Source: Gammaproteobacteria bacterium
GTDB lineage: Bacteria; Pseudomonadota; Gammaproteobacteria; Steroidobacterales; Steroidobacteraceae
NCBI GenBank assembly: GCA_011391405.1
Contig: JAABQQ010000238.1
Location: forward strand, 5,285 to 69,284
DNA: 64,000 nucleotides
Reading direction: 5' to 3'
The notes beneath the pieces were generated by a model that was not told where the DNA came from, did no database searches, and saw nothing but the letters and a program-made list of their open reading frames with translations. Shown piece by piece: positions 29,844 through 39,938 of the stretch; the stretch's first letter is position 1; each line of letters opens with the position of its first letter. The translations under genes were made by a program, and so were the position numbers.

Positions 29844-30728
29844 ATGACCGGCTTCAGGGCACGCCTGTACGCGTGCTTCGCGCTCGTTTACCTGGTCTGG
29901 GGTTCGAGCTTCCTGGTGGGCCGCATCGGCGTCATCGACCTGCCGCCCCTGCTGTTCACGTCGTTGCGCTCGCTGATCGCCGGCGTCCTGCTGCTCGGTC
30001 TTGCGCTGTACCGCGGCAACCGCCTGCCGGACTCGCGGCACGAATGGCGACAGATCTTCTTCTTCGCGCTCGTGCTGATCGCGTTCAGCAGTGGTTCGGC
30101 GACTTTCGCGCTCAAGTACATTGCGTCGAACGAAGTGGCGCTGCTCAACGCGAGCATGGCACTCTGGATCGCCGGACTCGGCACCCTCGGTCCGAAAGGC
30201 CAGAAGCTGTCCGTGCCGAGCCTGATCGGCCTGGCGCTCGGCTTCGTCGGGGTTGCGCTGCTGGTCTGGCCCGAAGAAATGCGGCTCACGCCGCACGTTG
30301 GCTGGCAGTTGCTGGTGCTCGCCGCAGCCGCCGTCTGGGCCTCCGGCACGATCGTCTACCGCAACACCGCGCTGCAGCTCGGTCCCATCGCTTTCAATGC
30401 GATGATCATGCTCGTCGGTGGCGTGATGCTCGGCACCGCCGGCATCGTGACCGGGGAGTTGCCGGAGTGGCACTGGGAATGGCGGGGGATGAGCGCGATC
30501 CTGTTCCTCGCCGTGTTCGCCTCCGCGATCACGTACACCGCATTCACGTGGCTGATGAAAAACGCGCGCACGGATCGCGTCGCCACGTTCGCGTACGTGA
30601 ACCCGGCCATCGCGACGGTGCTTGGATGGATCGTGCTGGGTGAAACGCTCACGCCACAGCAGATGCTGGGCATGCTCGTCGTGCTGGGCGGCGTCGTGCT
30701 GGTGACGATGCCGCACCGCTACTTCTAG
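29844..30728 (+). CDS. DMT-superfamily (EamA-like) transporter
   Basis: Ten TM segments in two EamA-like halves. 294 aa. Confidence 0.75.
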   Translation: MTGFRARLYACFALVYLVWGSSFLVGRIGVIDLPPLLFTSLRSLIAGVLLLGLALYRGNRLPDSRHEWRQIFFFALVLIAFSSGSATFALKYIASNEVALLNASMALWIAGLGTLGPKGQKLSVPSLIGLALGFVGVALLVWPEEMRLTPHVGWQLLVLAAAAVWASGTIVYRNTALQLGPIAFNAMIMLVGGVMLGTAGIVTGELPEWHWEWRGMSAILFLAVFASAITYTAFTWLMKNARTDRVATFAYVNPAIATVLGWIVLGETLTPQQMLGMLVVLGGVVLVTMPHRYF

Positions 30729-30738
30729 CGGCTGGACT

Positions 30739-31113
30739 TCAGCGGCTGGACGGGAATTTCTCGAACCTGCCAGACGAGCCGATCAGGCCCGACGCGGCCC
30801 ACGAGACGATGCTGACGATGATCGCAGCGCCCACGGCGGTCCAGAAACCCGAAATCGTGAAGCCTGGGACGACCCAGGCCACCAGCGCGACCATGCCGGC
30901 GTTCAGCACCAGCAGGAACAGGCCGAGCGTCACGATCGTGATCGGCAGCGTGAGGATGAACGCGAGCGGACGCACGAAGGCGTTGACGATGCCGAGCAGC
31001 ACCGCGGCCAGCAGGAGCTTGGACGGCGTCGCGAAGTGCAACCCGTCGAGCAGCTGGCTCGCCACCCACAGGCCCAGCGCGGAAATTGCAGCACGCAGCA
31101 GGAATCCAACCAT
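30739..31113 (-). CDS. Small membrane protein, phage holin family IV / DUF360-like
   Basis: MVGFLLRAAISALGLWVASQLL... with four TM helices. The pattern matches Phage_holin_4_2-type proteins. Internal ATG at 31113 chosen. Confidence 0.6.
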   Translation of the reverse strand: MVGFLLRAAISALGLWVASQLLDGLHFATPSKLLLAAVLLGIVNAFVRPLAFILTLPITIVTLGLFLLVLNAGMVALVAWVVPGFTISGFWTAVGAAIIVSIVSWAASGLIGSSGRFEKFPSSR

Positions 31114-31225
31114 GTCGAGCGCTCCCTTCGTCACGGCGCCTGGCGCCACCGGTTGACCTGCGCGCGATGGTAATGGAATCTGCGGAGCGTCACATCCATC
31201 CCGGCAACCCCGGAATCGAGAAGCC

Positions 31226-31615
31226 ATGGAATTCGTCGCCATCGTCGCCCTGCTAGCCCTCCTGCAGTACATCTATTTTGCGACGCTGGTCGGGCAGGCG
31301 CGCGGGAAGTTCGGCGTGAACGGTCCGGCGGTGACGGGACATCCCGTCTTCGAACGCTATTTCCGCGTGCAGATGAACACGCTCGAGCTGTTGATCGTGC
31401 TGCTGCCGGGACTCTGGCTGTTCGCGTATTACGTGCGCCCGACGTGGGCTGCGCTGCTCGGCGCGGTCTACCTGGTGGGTCGCTTCCTGTACCTGCGCAG
31501 CTACGTGGCAGATCCCGCTAAACGCGGCATGGGCTTCGGGCTCAGCATGCTGCCGATCTTCGCCCTGCTGCTCGGGGCGCTGATCGGCGCTGGTTCAGCG
31601 CTTTTGCGCGGCTGA
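31226..31615 (+). CDS. MAPEG-family membrane protein (microsomal glutathione S-transferase-like)
   Basis: 129 aa with four TM segments. VQMNTLELL and GRFLYLRSY motifs are typical of bacterial MAPEG proteins. Confidence 0.7.
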   Translation: MEFVAIVALLALLQYIYFATLVGQARGKFGVNGPAVTGHPVFERYFRVQMNTLELLIVLLPGLWLFAYYVRPTWAALLGAVYLVGRFLYLRSYVADPAKRGMGFGLSMLPIFALLLGALIGAGSALLRG

Positions 31616-32872
31616 CGTCGTCTTGACCGCAGCGTAGTGCGTGCCGAGCCCACGATCTTTCAGGTACTGCAGGGCCGTGAGCACGGCAGCATCCTTCATC
31701 GGCGCGACCGGCGCGTGCCGCGCCTGGCCGGTTTCCGTCGGACCGATCGCGATGTCGGGTTCGATCCCACGTTCGTGAATCGACGTGCCTGACGGCGTGA
31801 AGTAGAGCGACGTCGTGAGCTTCAGCGCCTGGCCGTCGCGCAACGGGATCACCGTCTGCACGGAGCCCTTGCCGAAGGTGCGCTCGCCCAGCAACGTCGC
31901 GCGGCCGTGATCACGCAGCGCGCCGGCAACGATCTCCGACCCCGACGCCGAACCGCCGTCGACCAGCACGACCAGCGGCTGCCCATCGAGTGCATCACCC
32001 GGCGTCGCGGACATTTCAAAACGGGACTCGGGCGTGCGCCCGTCGGCGCGGACGATCACGCCGGAATCGAGGAAGGCGTCGGCGATGCTCACGGCCGATT
32101 CGAGCACGCCGCCCGGATTGCCACGCAGGTCGAGCACGAGACCGCGCAAAGGGTGGAACGCCGACTTCGGCACCGGGTGCACGAGCGTCGACAGGGCCTG
32201 CACGAGATCGTCCGGCGTGGAGTCACTGAATTGCGTGATGCGAACGTAGCCGAAATCGCCGGGCAGCGGCTCCGCACGCACCGAATGCACGTGCACTTCG
32301 CCGCGCGCGAGCGTGAACAGCAGCGGCTCCGGTTCACCTTTGCGGTCGATTGCCAGCTCGACCTGCGTGCCCGTCACGCCGCGCATGCGGCCGATCGTCT
32401 CGTCGAGTTTGTCGGCGGTGACGGGCTGGTCATTGACGGCAAGCACGATGTCGCCGGCATGCACGCCGGCTTTCGCCGCCGGCGAGCCTTCGATCGGTGT
32501 CACGACCACCACGCGGCCGTCCTGGACCGAAACCTCGATACCCACGCCGGTGTAGCTGCCGGTCGTCGCGGCCCGCATCTCGTCGTATTCGGCGGCGTCG
32601 AGAAAAGCGGAATGCGGATCGAGGTTGGCGACGATGCCCTTGACCGCGGCCTGGTCGAAGGCCAGGTCGGGGACCGGTCGCACGTAATCGCGCCGGATGC
32701 GGCCCACCACTTCGTCGAGCAGCTGATGGCCGGCCACCGGCTTCGCGTTCGCCAAGGCAACGGCGGCCGGGACCGTCCGCGAGGCAGTAAACCACTGCGG
32801 TGCACGGGCGAGGCCGTACCCCAGGGCAATGCCGGCCACGGCGGCCAGCAGGATGTGCGGACGGACAGTCAC
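31595..32872 (-). CDS. S41-family carboxy-terminal processing peptidase
   Basis: PDZ domain followed by GGSASGSEIVAGALRD...TFGKGSVQT (Ser/Lys dyad region). N-terminal anchor. GTG start. Confidence 0.88.
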   Translation of the reverse strand: MTVRPHILLAAVAGIALGYGLARAPQWFTASRTVPAAVALANAKPVAGHQLLDEVVGRIRRDYVRPVPDLAFDQAAVKGIVANLDPHSAFLDAAEYDEMRAATTGSYTGVGIEVSVQDGRVVVVTPIEGSPAAKAGVHAGDIVLAVNDQPVTADKLDETIGRMRGVTGTQVELAIDRKGEPEPLLFTLARGEVHVHSVRAEPLPGDFGYVRITQFSDSTPDDLVQALSTLVHPVPKSAFHPLRGLVLDLRGNPGGVLESAVSIADAFLDSGVIVRADGRTPESRFEMSATPGDALDGQPLVVLVDGGSASGSEIVAGALRDHGRATLLGERTFGKGSVQTVIPLRDGQALKLTTSLYFTPSGTSIHERGIEPDIAIGPTETGQARHAPVAPMKDAAVLTALQYLKDRGLGTHYAAVKTTSAAQKR

Positions 32873-32877
32873 TTGGG

Positions 32878-35142
32878 TCAGGCGGTCTTGGTTCCGGCGG
32901 ATCGCTCCATGTTAGCGCCAACCAGTGCGCCCAGCACCTTCTCGAGCGGCGTGGGCCGTCCGATGGAAAAGCCCTGCCCATATTCGACCCCAAGGGCCCG
33001 GGTCGCCTGCCAGATCGCTTCGCTTTCGACGCATTCCGCGACCGTCTTGAGGTTCATGGCCCGGGCGAGCTGGACGATTGCGCTCAGCATCGCCTGGGAG
33101 CGGTCGTCCGACACGACGTCGCGGACGAAGATGCCGTCGATCTTGAGGTGCGTGACCGGCAGCATTTTCAGGTAACTGAGGGAACTGAGCCCGCGACCGA
33201 AATCGTCGAGCGCGACGTCGCTGCCGAGGTCGCGCAGCCGGCGGATGAGAGCCTCCGCCCGGACAATATTGGCGACGGCCGCTGTTTCGGTGACCTCGAA
33301 CGACAGCAGCCCGCGTGGCAGCTTGCTGTCGCGCAATACGGTGTCCATGAACACGGCGAAGTCCGCGTCGCCGAGGGACTGCCCGGAAATGTTTACCGCG
33401 AAACACGCTTGCATCTCGTGCAGCCGCGCGGCATGGGGCGCCAGCATTTCGATCGTGCGACGCACGACCCAGCGGTCGATTGCCGGTGCGAGCTGGTAGC
33501 GCTCCGCGGCCGACAGGAATTTTTCTGGCGGAACGCTTACGCCCTTCTCGTCGTTCATGCGCAGCAGCAGCTCGAACTTCGGCGTTGCGGGCGCGCCGTT
33601 CAACGGCACGATGGTCTGCGCCTCGAGCCGGAAGCGCTGGTCCAGCAAGGCCGAACGCACCGTACCGATGAGCGTCAGGTCGGTGTAGCGGCGCACGATG
33701 CTCTGGTCGCCGTCGTAATACGTTTCGACCCGGTTGCGGCCGCGGTCTTTCGCGGCCTTGCAGGCGATCTCGGCGGACGCGAGCGCGTGCGAAAGCGGAT
33801 GATTGCCTTCGACGACGTTCGCCACGCCGAAGCTGGCGGTCACCTCAACCTGCTGCCGCTCACCGAGGAACCCGAGCCGCTCAAACGCTTGCCGCAGGTT
33901 ATCGGCGATGTCGTGGGTGGCGTCCACCGACGTCTCGGGCACGAAGATGGCGAAACGGTCGCCCGAAATGCGGGCCGCCAGCATGCGCGGCGAGAGGCTC
34001 TGCCGGATGACCTCGGCGACGCGCACGATCACCGAATCCCCCACGTGCATGCCGAGGTTCTCGTTCAGCACGTGCAGGCGGTCGATGTCAACGTAGATGA
34101 CGCAATTGTCCTTCGGCAGCGTCAGTGGCGTCAGCATGGCGTTGGCGCGCTTCTCGAAGGCAGGCCGCGTCAGCAGACCCGATGTCGGATCGTACGAGTT
34201 CATCAGGATGGAGGCGACGCGGCGCCCGAGAAGTTCGACGATACGCACCTGACGCAGGTCGAAGTCCGGGGATTGCAGGCGCTTGAACAGCACCAGCACG
34301 CCGTGCACGCGCTGGGCGCCGTGCATCACGGGACACGCGAGAATCTTGTACGGAATGTTGGCAAACGGCCCGGAATCGTGCGGAGCGTTCGACGTCATCG
34401 TCTGGCGGTGCAGCTGGGCCCAGCCGAGCACCTGACGATGCGTGCGCGTCAGGACGTCAGCGCCGGCACGCGGCGGTATGTCGGTTGCCGTGCGGCAAAC
34501 AGCGATGTTCTTGTCCGGGATCAGGAGTGCGCCGACGGCGCAGCCCAGATGGTCGACGCAACCCTGGACCAGCTTCGCGAAGTCGTCCGTCGAATTGCTG
34601 GCCTCTGACTCGTCCTGTGCCGCACCGAGCAGCAGTTCGAGGTCGCGATCGCGAACGACCAGGCTGCGCTGCAGGTTACCGATGCTGGACTGCGATGCGA
34701 GCTCGCGCTCGAGGCATTGCAGCGCCGGTCGCAGGAGTCCATGCACCAGCGTGAACGGCCGGGGATCGCGATTCGACTCGCGACTCACCATGCCGACGAC
34801 GCCGAGCATCGCGCCGTCGCCGTTGCGCAACAGGAATACGTAAGCGACTTGCTCGCCCGGCAGCGGCTCCGCGAAGCCTGCACCCAGCGCGCCGGGCTGC
34901 GCGAGTTCGGTGGCCTGGGCGTGCTGCTGCAGGGCCTGCAGCTCGATGTCGTCGTTGTCCTCGCTGGCCCACACCGTCACGCCGAGATCGTCGTAGACGA
35001 CGATCGAATGCGCGCGCGGCAGCAGCATCTTGAGCAGCTGCCCGTACGGGTCGAGCGATGTGCCGTTCAGCGGCGCTGGCGCGTCGGACGGTAGTTCTGC
35101 GGTTGAAGCCATCGATCCCGACCCGTCCCCTGGGCGATACAT
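32878..35142 (-). CDS. Multidomain c-di-GMP signalling protein (GAF-like sensor region, degenerate GGDEF domain, EAL domain)
   Basis: The GGDEF position reads SGDRF (33952-33966). The EAL domain has FELLLR, a DDFGRG-type motif (LDDFGRGLSSLSYL) and KIDGIF motifs. Confidence 0.85.
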   Translation of the reverse strand: MYRPGDGSGSMASTAELPSDAPAPLNGTSLDPYGQLLKMLLPRAHSIVVYDDLGVTVWASEDNDDIELQALQQHAQATELAQPGALGAGFAEPLPGEQVAYVFLLRNGDGAMLGVVGMVSRESNRDPRPFTLVHGLLRPALQCLERELASQSSIGNLQRSLVVRDRDLELLLGAAQDESEASNSTDDFAKLVQGCVDHLGCAVGALLIPDKNIAVCRTATDIPPRAGADVLTRTHRQVLGWAQLHRQTMTSNAPHDSGPFANIPYKILACPVMHGAQRVHGVLVLFKRLQSPDFDLRQVRIVELLGRRVASILMNSYDPTSGLLTRPAFEKRANAMLTPLTLPKDNCVIYVDIDRLHVLNENLGMHVGDSVIVRVAEVIRQSLSPRMLAARISGDRFAIFVPETSVDATHDIADNLRQAFERLGFLGERQQVEVTASFGVANVVEGNHPLSHALASAEIACKAAKDRGRNRVETYYDGDQSIVRRYTDLTLIGTVRSALLDQRFRLEAQTIVPLNGAPATPKFELLLRMNDEKGVSVPPEKFLSAAERYQLAPAIDRWVVRRTIEMLAPHAARLHEMQACFAVNISGQSLGDADFAVFMDTVLRDSKLPRGLLSFEVTETAAVANIVRAEALIRRLRDLGSDVALDDFGRGLSSLSYLKMLPVTHLKIDGIFVRDVVSDDRSQAMLSAIVQLARAMNLKTVAECVESEAIWQATRALGVEYGQGFSIGRPTPLEKVLGALVGANMERSAGTKTA

Positions 35143-35197
35143 TGATCCGGAATCGAATCATCCAGAAAACAGGGGGGGCCAAACCGTGATGCAGAGC

Positions 35198-36466
35198 CTA
35201 TTTCCGGGTGAGCCAGGTCTGCGGGTCGACCGGCGTCTTGCCGCGACGGACCTCGAAATACAGGGCTGGCTGGCTGTGGCCGCCGGAGTCGCCGACGGAG
35301 CCGATGACGTCTCCAGCCACGACGGGCTCGCCGACCTTGCGAAACAGCTCTTCGTTGTGACCATAGAGGCTCATGTAGCCGCCACCATGATCGATGACGA
35401 GCATCAGCCCCATGCCCGGCAGCCAGTCGCCGTACACGACGCGCCCCGCGTAAGGCGCGCGCACCCGGGCGCCGCGTTGCGTCCCGATCAGCATGCCCTG
35501 CCAGCGCATCGAGCCACCCGCGCGCGGCTGACCGAACCTGGCAATGACCTTCCCGTCCTGCACCGGCCACGGCAACTTGCCACGCAGGGGCTCGAACGGA
35601 GCCTGTTGCGCCACGGTGCCCGTCGAACCGCCCTTACGCGCGGGCTGGGCCTGCTGCGAGCGTTCGATGGCCTTGCGCAGCTCGGCGATGAGCCGCTCGA
35701 CTGACTGCGCCTGGGACTGCAGCTGCTTCAGCTCGCCGCCCCGGGTCTTGATCTGCTGGTTGATCGTGCTCACGGCCCGCGCGCGCTTGTCCTGTGACGC
35801 CTTGAGGTCGGCCACTCGCTGCTCGCGTTGTTGCTCGAGCGTCTCGAGCCGGGTCTTCTCGGCCACGATCTTTTCGCGGACCAGTGCCAGGTGCTCGAGC
35901 TGGTCCTGGATGCCGCGGATGCGGTCCGCCCGGGCGCGACCGAAGTAGCCGTAATACGCGAGCATGCGCCCGAAATTCGACGGATCTTCTTGATTTAAAA
36001 GAAGTTTCAGCTGCTCCTCGCGGCCGTTGACATAGGCCGTCCGCAGTTCTCCCGCCAGCTCGGCGCGCTCCCCCTCCAGCTCCTGTACACGGCGCGACTG
36101 TTCCGCTTCGAGCTCGCGCACGCGCGCCTCGACCAACAGTCGCTGCGCCCGGATTTCGTCGAGTTCCTTGCGCGCCGACTGGACGCCGAGTTCTGCCTCG
36201 CGCAGCTGCCCGGACAGCTTGTCCCGCTTCTGCACGTCCTCGTTGACGGTCTTGCGGACCTTGTCGATCCGCTGGTTGAGCTTGCGCAGCTCGGCCTCTT
36301 TCTGCGCCGGCGTCTGTTTCGCGGCAGCCAGGACTGGCCCAGGTGCCAGGACCAGCGCCGCCGCCACCAACCCGGCCAGAACCCGCCCGAACCGCGCGCG
36401 AACCCTCCGCACCGGGGGGTGGACTCGCGACGAACAGCTCGGTGCAGTGGGGAAAAATGCGGGCAT
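35198..36466 (-). CDS. Murein hydrolase activator EnvC-like protein (coiled coil plus M23/LytM domain)
   Basis: Signal peptide, a long coiled coil rich in Q/E/R/L, and a C-terminal LytM domain (VIDHGGGYMSLYGHN...GDSGG). Internal ATG at 36466 chosen. Confidence 0.82.
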   Translation of the reverse strand: MPAFFPTAPSCSSRVHPPVRRVRARFGRVLAGLVAAALVLAPGPVLAAAKQTPAQKEAELRKLNQRIDKVRKTVNEDVQKRDKLSGQLREAELGVQSARKELDEIRAQRLLVEARVRELEAEQSRRVQELEGERAELAGELRTAYVNGREEQLKLLLNQEDPSNFGRMLAYYGYFGRARADRIRGIQDQLEHLALVREKIVAEKTRLETLEQQREQRVADLKASQDKRARAVSTINQQIKTRGGELKQLQSQAQSVERLIAELRKAIERSQQAQPARKGGSTGTVAQQAPFEPLRGKLPWPVQDGKVIARFGQPRAGGSMRWQGMLIGTQRGARVRAPYAGRVVYGDWLPGMGLMLVIDHGGGYMSLYGHNEELFRKVGEPVVAGDVIGSVGDSGGHSQPALYFEVRRGKTPVDPQTWLTRK

Positions 36467-36577
36467 CAGGCGGTGTTTGCAGCGATTTACCGAGGCGGCA
36501 GGAGCGACAGATCCGCACAAGTCTAGCCTGTCGGTGGGGACTGCTATAATTCGCGCCCCTTTTCGCCGGTCTCCCTG

Positions 36578-37036
36578 ATGGATCGTCTTCTCGAATATGC
36601 CGCCCGCCATCCCCTGCTGGTTGGTGGCACGGTGGTCCTCGCGCTGGCCCTCGCAGCGTACGAATTCAGCCGTGCCCGCTCCGGTGGGCAGGCCGTCGGT
36701 CCCACCGAGGCCGTGCGCCTGATGAACCAGGGTGCGGTGCTGGTCGACGTCCGCTCGCAGGCCGAGTTCGACTCCGGCCACATCCTGGATGCCCGGCACG
36801 TGCCGCAGGACCAGATCGCCCAGGCCGCGGAGACGCTCAAGCGCTTCAAGGACAAGGTCGTGATCATGTGCTGCGAAAGCGGCATGCGCTCGAGCGCGGC
36901 AACCCGGGTGCTGCAGGCGCAGGGATTCACCAACGTGGTCAACCTCCGCGGCGGCGTGCAGGCATGGCGCGCCGAGAACCTGCCGCTCGTCAAGGAAGGC
37001 GGCGGCAAGTCCAGGCACAACGGAGGCAAGGCATGA
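36578..37036 (+). CDS. Membrane-anchored rhodanese-domain sulfurtransferase
   Basis: N-terminal TM segment, then a rhodanese active-site loop CCESGMRS, then LRGGVQAW. Confidence 0.8.
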   Translation: MDRLLEYAARHPLLVGGTVVLALALAAYEFSRARSGGQAVGPTEAVRLMNQGAVLVDVRSQAEFDSGHILDARHVPQDQIAQAAETLKRFKDKVVIMCCESGMRSSAATRVLQAQGFTNVVNLRGGVQAWRAENLPLVKEGGGKSRHNGGKA

Positions 37037-37308
37037 ACGATGCCGCTCAGCCGGAAATCACAATGTATTCGACGGGCTGGTGCCCGTACTGCGACCGCGC
37101 GCGTGGCTTGCTCCAGCGCAAGGGCGCCACGTTCAGCGAGGTCAAGGTCGACGAAGACCCCACGCAACGCGACCTGATGCTGAAGCGCAGCGGCGGCCGC
37201 CGCACGGTGCCCCAGATTTTCATCGGCGACCGCCACGTCGGCGGCTTCGACGACCTTTATGCCCTCGACAAGGCCGGCGAGCTCGACCAGCTGCTCGGCC
37301 GCGCCTGA
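37033..37308 (+). CDS. grxC: Glutaredoxin 3
   Basis: CPYC active site, TVPQIFI and GGFDDL motifs. GGAGG SD present. ATGA overlap with the rhodanese gene. Confidence 0.9.
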   Translation: MNDAAQPEITMYSTGWCPYCDRARGLLQRKGATFSEVKVDEDPTQRDLMLKRSGGRRTVPQIFIGDRHVGGFDDLYALDKAGELDQLLGRA

Positions 37309-37336
37309 TCCACGTAGTTACAAGGAATATTCCGCG

Positions 37337-37825
37337 ATGACCGACCAGAACGCCGCAACGCCCGCCGTCGACCCCAATGCCCCGGTGGTGACGCCGCAGG
37401 TCGTTTACCTCAAGGACTGTTCGTTCGAATCCCCGCACGGTCCATTCGTCGGCGGCCTCGAAGGCCAACCCGCGGTGAACCTGAACATCTCCACCCGCGC
37501 AACCGCCCTTGCCCAGGACCTGCATGAAGTCGTCGTGCAGGTGCACCTCGAAGCCAAGGCCGGCGACAAAGTCGTGTGGCTGCTCGAACTGCAGCAGGCT
37601 GGCGCGTTCGTGGTCAAGAACCTGGTCGCAACCGACGTCGCGCAGGTCCTCTCGATCATGGCGCCGAACTACCTGCTCTCGTACGCGCGCTCGACCGTCT
37701 CGGAACTGGTGACGAAGGGCGGTTTCCCGCCGTTTCTGCTGCCGCTCGTGACGTTCGAAGCCCTGCATGCCCGTGCTGCACAGCAGGCGGCTGCACAACA
37801 GCCGAGCGCCACCTCGGTCAACTGA
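37337..37825 (+). CDS. secB: Protein-export chaperone SecB
   Basis: YLKDCSFESPHGP..., typical size, and an acidic/Gln-rich C-terminus. Conserved grxC-secB-gpsA order. Confidence 0.88.
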   Translation: MTDQNAATPAVDPNAPVVTPQVVYLKDCSFESPHGPFVGGLEGQPAVNLNISTRATALAQDLHEVVVQVHLEAKAGDKVVWLLELQQAGAFVVKNLVATDVAQVLSIMAPNYLLSYARSTVSELVTKGGFPPFLLPLVTFEALHARAAQQAAAQQPSATSVN

Positions 37826-37844
37826 GAAGCGCTGCAGTCGCCGC

Positions 37845-38882
37845 GTGACGACCTCGAAGGATGCGGCGGACGAAGCCGTGGCACGTCCAGCGATGGCGGT
37901 GCTCGGCGCCGGCTCGTGGGGCACGGCGCTAGCCGTGCACCTGGCGCGCACCGGACATCCCACGGTGCTCTGGGGTCGCGATCCCGCGCAGATGGCAGCG
38001 CTGGCGGCCGCTCGCTGCAACACGCGTTATCTGCCGATGACGCCGTTTCCCGAATCGCTGCGTGTCGAGTCCGACCTCGCGCGTGCCGTCGCGGCGGCGC
38101 AGGAATTGCTGATCGCCGTGCCGAGCCACGGTTTCCGTGAATGCCTCGTGCACGTCGCCCCGCTGCTGCGCAACGGCATGCGCGTCGCGTGGGCGACCAA
38201 AGGCTTCGAACTTGACTCGGGCAAGTTGCCGCACCAGGTGGCAAACGAAGTCCTGGGCATCGGCGTGCCGAAAGCGGTGTTGTCCGGACCCACCTTCGCG
38301 CGTGAGGTCGGGCTCGGCCTGCCCACCGCCATGACGGTCGCCTCGCGCGACCAGGACTACGCGCTGGCATTGGCACGTGCGCTCTCCGGTCAGCATTTCC
38401 GCGCCTACGCGTCGACCGACGTCATCGGCGTCGAAGTGGGTGGCGCGACCAAGAACGTGCTGGCGATCGGCGCCGGCATATCGGACGGCCTCGGCTTCGG
38501 CGCCAACACTCGCGTCGCGCTCATCACGCGCGGCCTGGCCGAGATGATGCGGCTCGGCGTCGCGCTCGGCGCGGACAAGGACACGTTCATGGGGCTCGCC
38601 GGACTCGGCGATCTCGTGCTCACCTGCACCGACGACCAGTCACGCAACCGGCGCTTCGGGCTTGCGCTCGCGGCGGGCAAGACCACGGCCGAAGCACAGC
38701 GCGAAATCGGGCAAGTGGTCGAAGGCGTGCTCGCGGCGCGGGCCGTCCGCAACGTCGCGGGCAATCACCAGGTCGAGATGCCGATCGCGGAACAGATCTG
38801 CCGCGTCATCTACGAAGGCCTGCCGCCACGTGCAGCCGTGGCCGCACTCATGGGCCGCGCCGTGAAGTCGGAAACGCAGTAG
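37845..38882 (+). CDS. gpsA: NAD(P)H-dependent glycerol-3-phosphate dehydrogenase
   Basis: AVLGAGSWGTALA dinucleotide fold, GPTFAREV and KNVLAIGAGISDGLGFG motifs. Start uncertain: GTG at 37845 or the ATG about 48 nt downstream. Confidence 0.9.
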   Translation: MTTSKDAADEAVARPAMAVLGAGSWGTALAVHLARTGHPTVLWGRDPAQMAALAAARCNTRYLPMTPFPESLRVESDLARAVAAAQELLIAVPSHGFRECLVHVAPLLRNGMRVAWATKGFELDSGKLPHQVANEVLGIGVPKAVLSGPTFAREVGLGLPTAMTVASRDQDYALALARALSGQHFRAYASTDVIGVEVGGATKNVLAIGAGISDGLGFGANTRVALITRGLAEMMRLGVALGADKDTFMGLAGLGDLVLTCTDDQSRNRRFGLALAAGKTTAEAQREIGQVVEGVLAARAVRNVAGNHQVEMPIAEQICRVIYEGLPPRAAVAALMGRAVKSETQ

Positions 38883-38884
38883 TC

Positions 38885-39364
38885 TCAGCGCCATGCCAGT
38901 TGCCGCCAGGCTTCGTAGACGACCACGGCCACGGCGTTCGACAGGTTCAGGCTGCGGGCGCCCGGTCGCATTGGAATCCGGAGGCGCCGCCCGGGCGGAC
39001 AGTCCCCCAGCACCGCCTCCGGCAACCCGCGCGTCTCCGGACCGAACACAACGACATCCCCGGCTGCGTAACTCACCGTGTCGAAGTCAGCCTGCCCTTT
39101 GGTCGTCAGCGCGTACCAGCGCGTTGGATCGCCGTTTTCCCCAGCGGCCGCCAGCGACGTCAGGCAGGACCTGAGGTCCGCATGAACGCGGACCTCGGCC
39201 AGTTCGTGGTAATCGAGGCCGGATCGCCGCACGGATCGTGCATCGAGCCGGAACCCGAGCGGTTGCACGAGGTGCAGGCTGGCACCCGTGTTCGCGCACA
39301 GCCGGATGACGTTGCCGGTGTTGGGCGGGATCTCAGGTTCGAACAGGACGACGTGCAGTGGCAT
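38885..39364 (-). CDS. trmL: tRNA (cytidine/uridine-2'-O)-methyltransferase TrmL (SpoU/TrmH family)
   Basis: VVLFEPEIPPNTGNVIRLCANTG and SLNLSNAVAVVVYEA motifs. 159 aa. Confidence 0.88.
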   Translation of the reverse strand: MPLHVVLFEPEIPPNTGNVIRLCANTGASLHLVQPLGFRLDARSVRRSGLDYHELAEVRVHADLRSCLTSLAAAGENGDPTRWYALTTKGQADFDTVSYAAGDVVVFGPETRGLPEAVLGDCPPGRRLRIPMRPGARSLNLSNAVAVVVYEAWRQLAWR

Positions 39365-39426
39365 AGAATCGGGTGCGACGCTCGCGGGACGGCCTCGCGC
39401 GCAGGAACTGACCGGGGGATTCTCGC

Positions 39427-39855
39427 ATGGTGCAAGTCAAGCAACTGCTCGGACGCAAGGGACATGCCGTCTGGTCGGTGGATGCCGACGAACCGGTGCT
39501 CGAAGCCATCCAGATGATGGCGGACAAGCACGTGGGCGCGCTGCCCGTCACTCGCGGCGGCGAACTCGTCGGGGTGGTTTCCGAGCGCGACTACGCCCGC
39601 AAGGTGATCCTGCTCGGTCGTTCCTCGGCCGAAACACCCGTCTGGCAGATCATGAGTGCACCGGTGGTGACAGCCGCGCCCGACGATGGCGTGCGCCATT
39701 GCATGCAGGTCATGACCGAGAAGCGGATCCGTCACCTGCCGGTCGTGGAGGGCGGACGCATGATCGGCATGATTTCGATCGGCGACCTCGTGCGCGTGGT
39801 GATCGAAGAGCAGGACCAGACGATCGAGCACCTCAACCGCTTCATTGCGGGCTGA
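39427..39855 (+). CDS. CBS-pair domain protein
   Basis: Two CBS repeats (HVGALPV..., IRHLPVVE...GMISIGDLV). 142 aa. Confidence 0.8.
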   Translation: MVQVKQLLGRKGHAVWSVDADEPVLEAIQMMADKHVGALPVTRGGELVGVVSERDYARKVILLGRSSAETPVWQIMSAPVVTAAPDDGVRHCMQVMTEKRIRHLPVVEGGRMIGMISIGDLVRVVIEEQDQTIEHLNRFIAG

Positions 39856-39938
39856 GGTCGCCCGCGACAAGTCGGGGCGGCGTCTGTCCGGCCCACCCCG
39901 CCGTCGGACGATGCGGTGATTTCATTTACAATTCAGGC

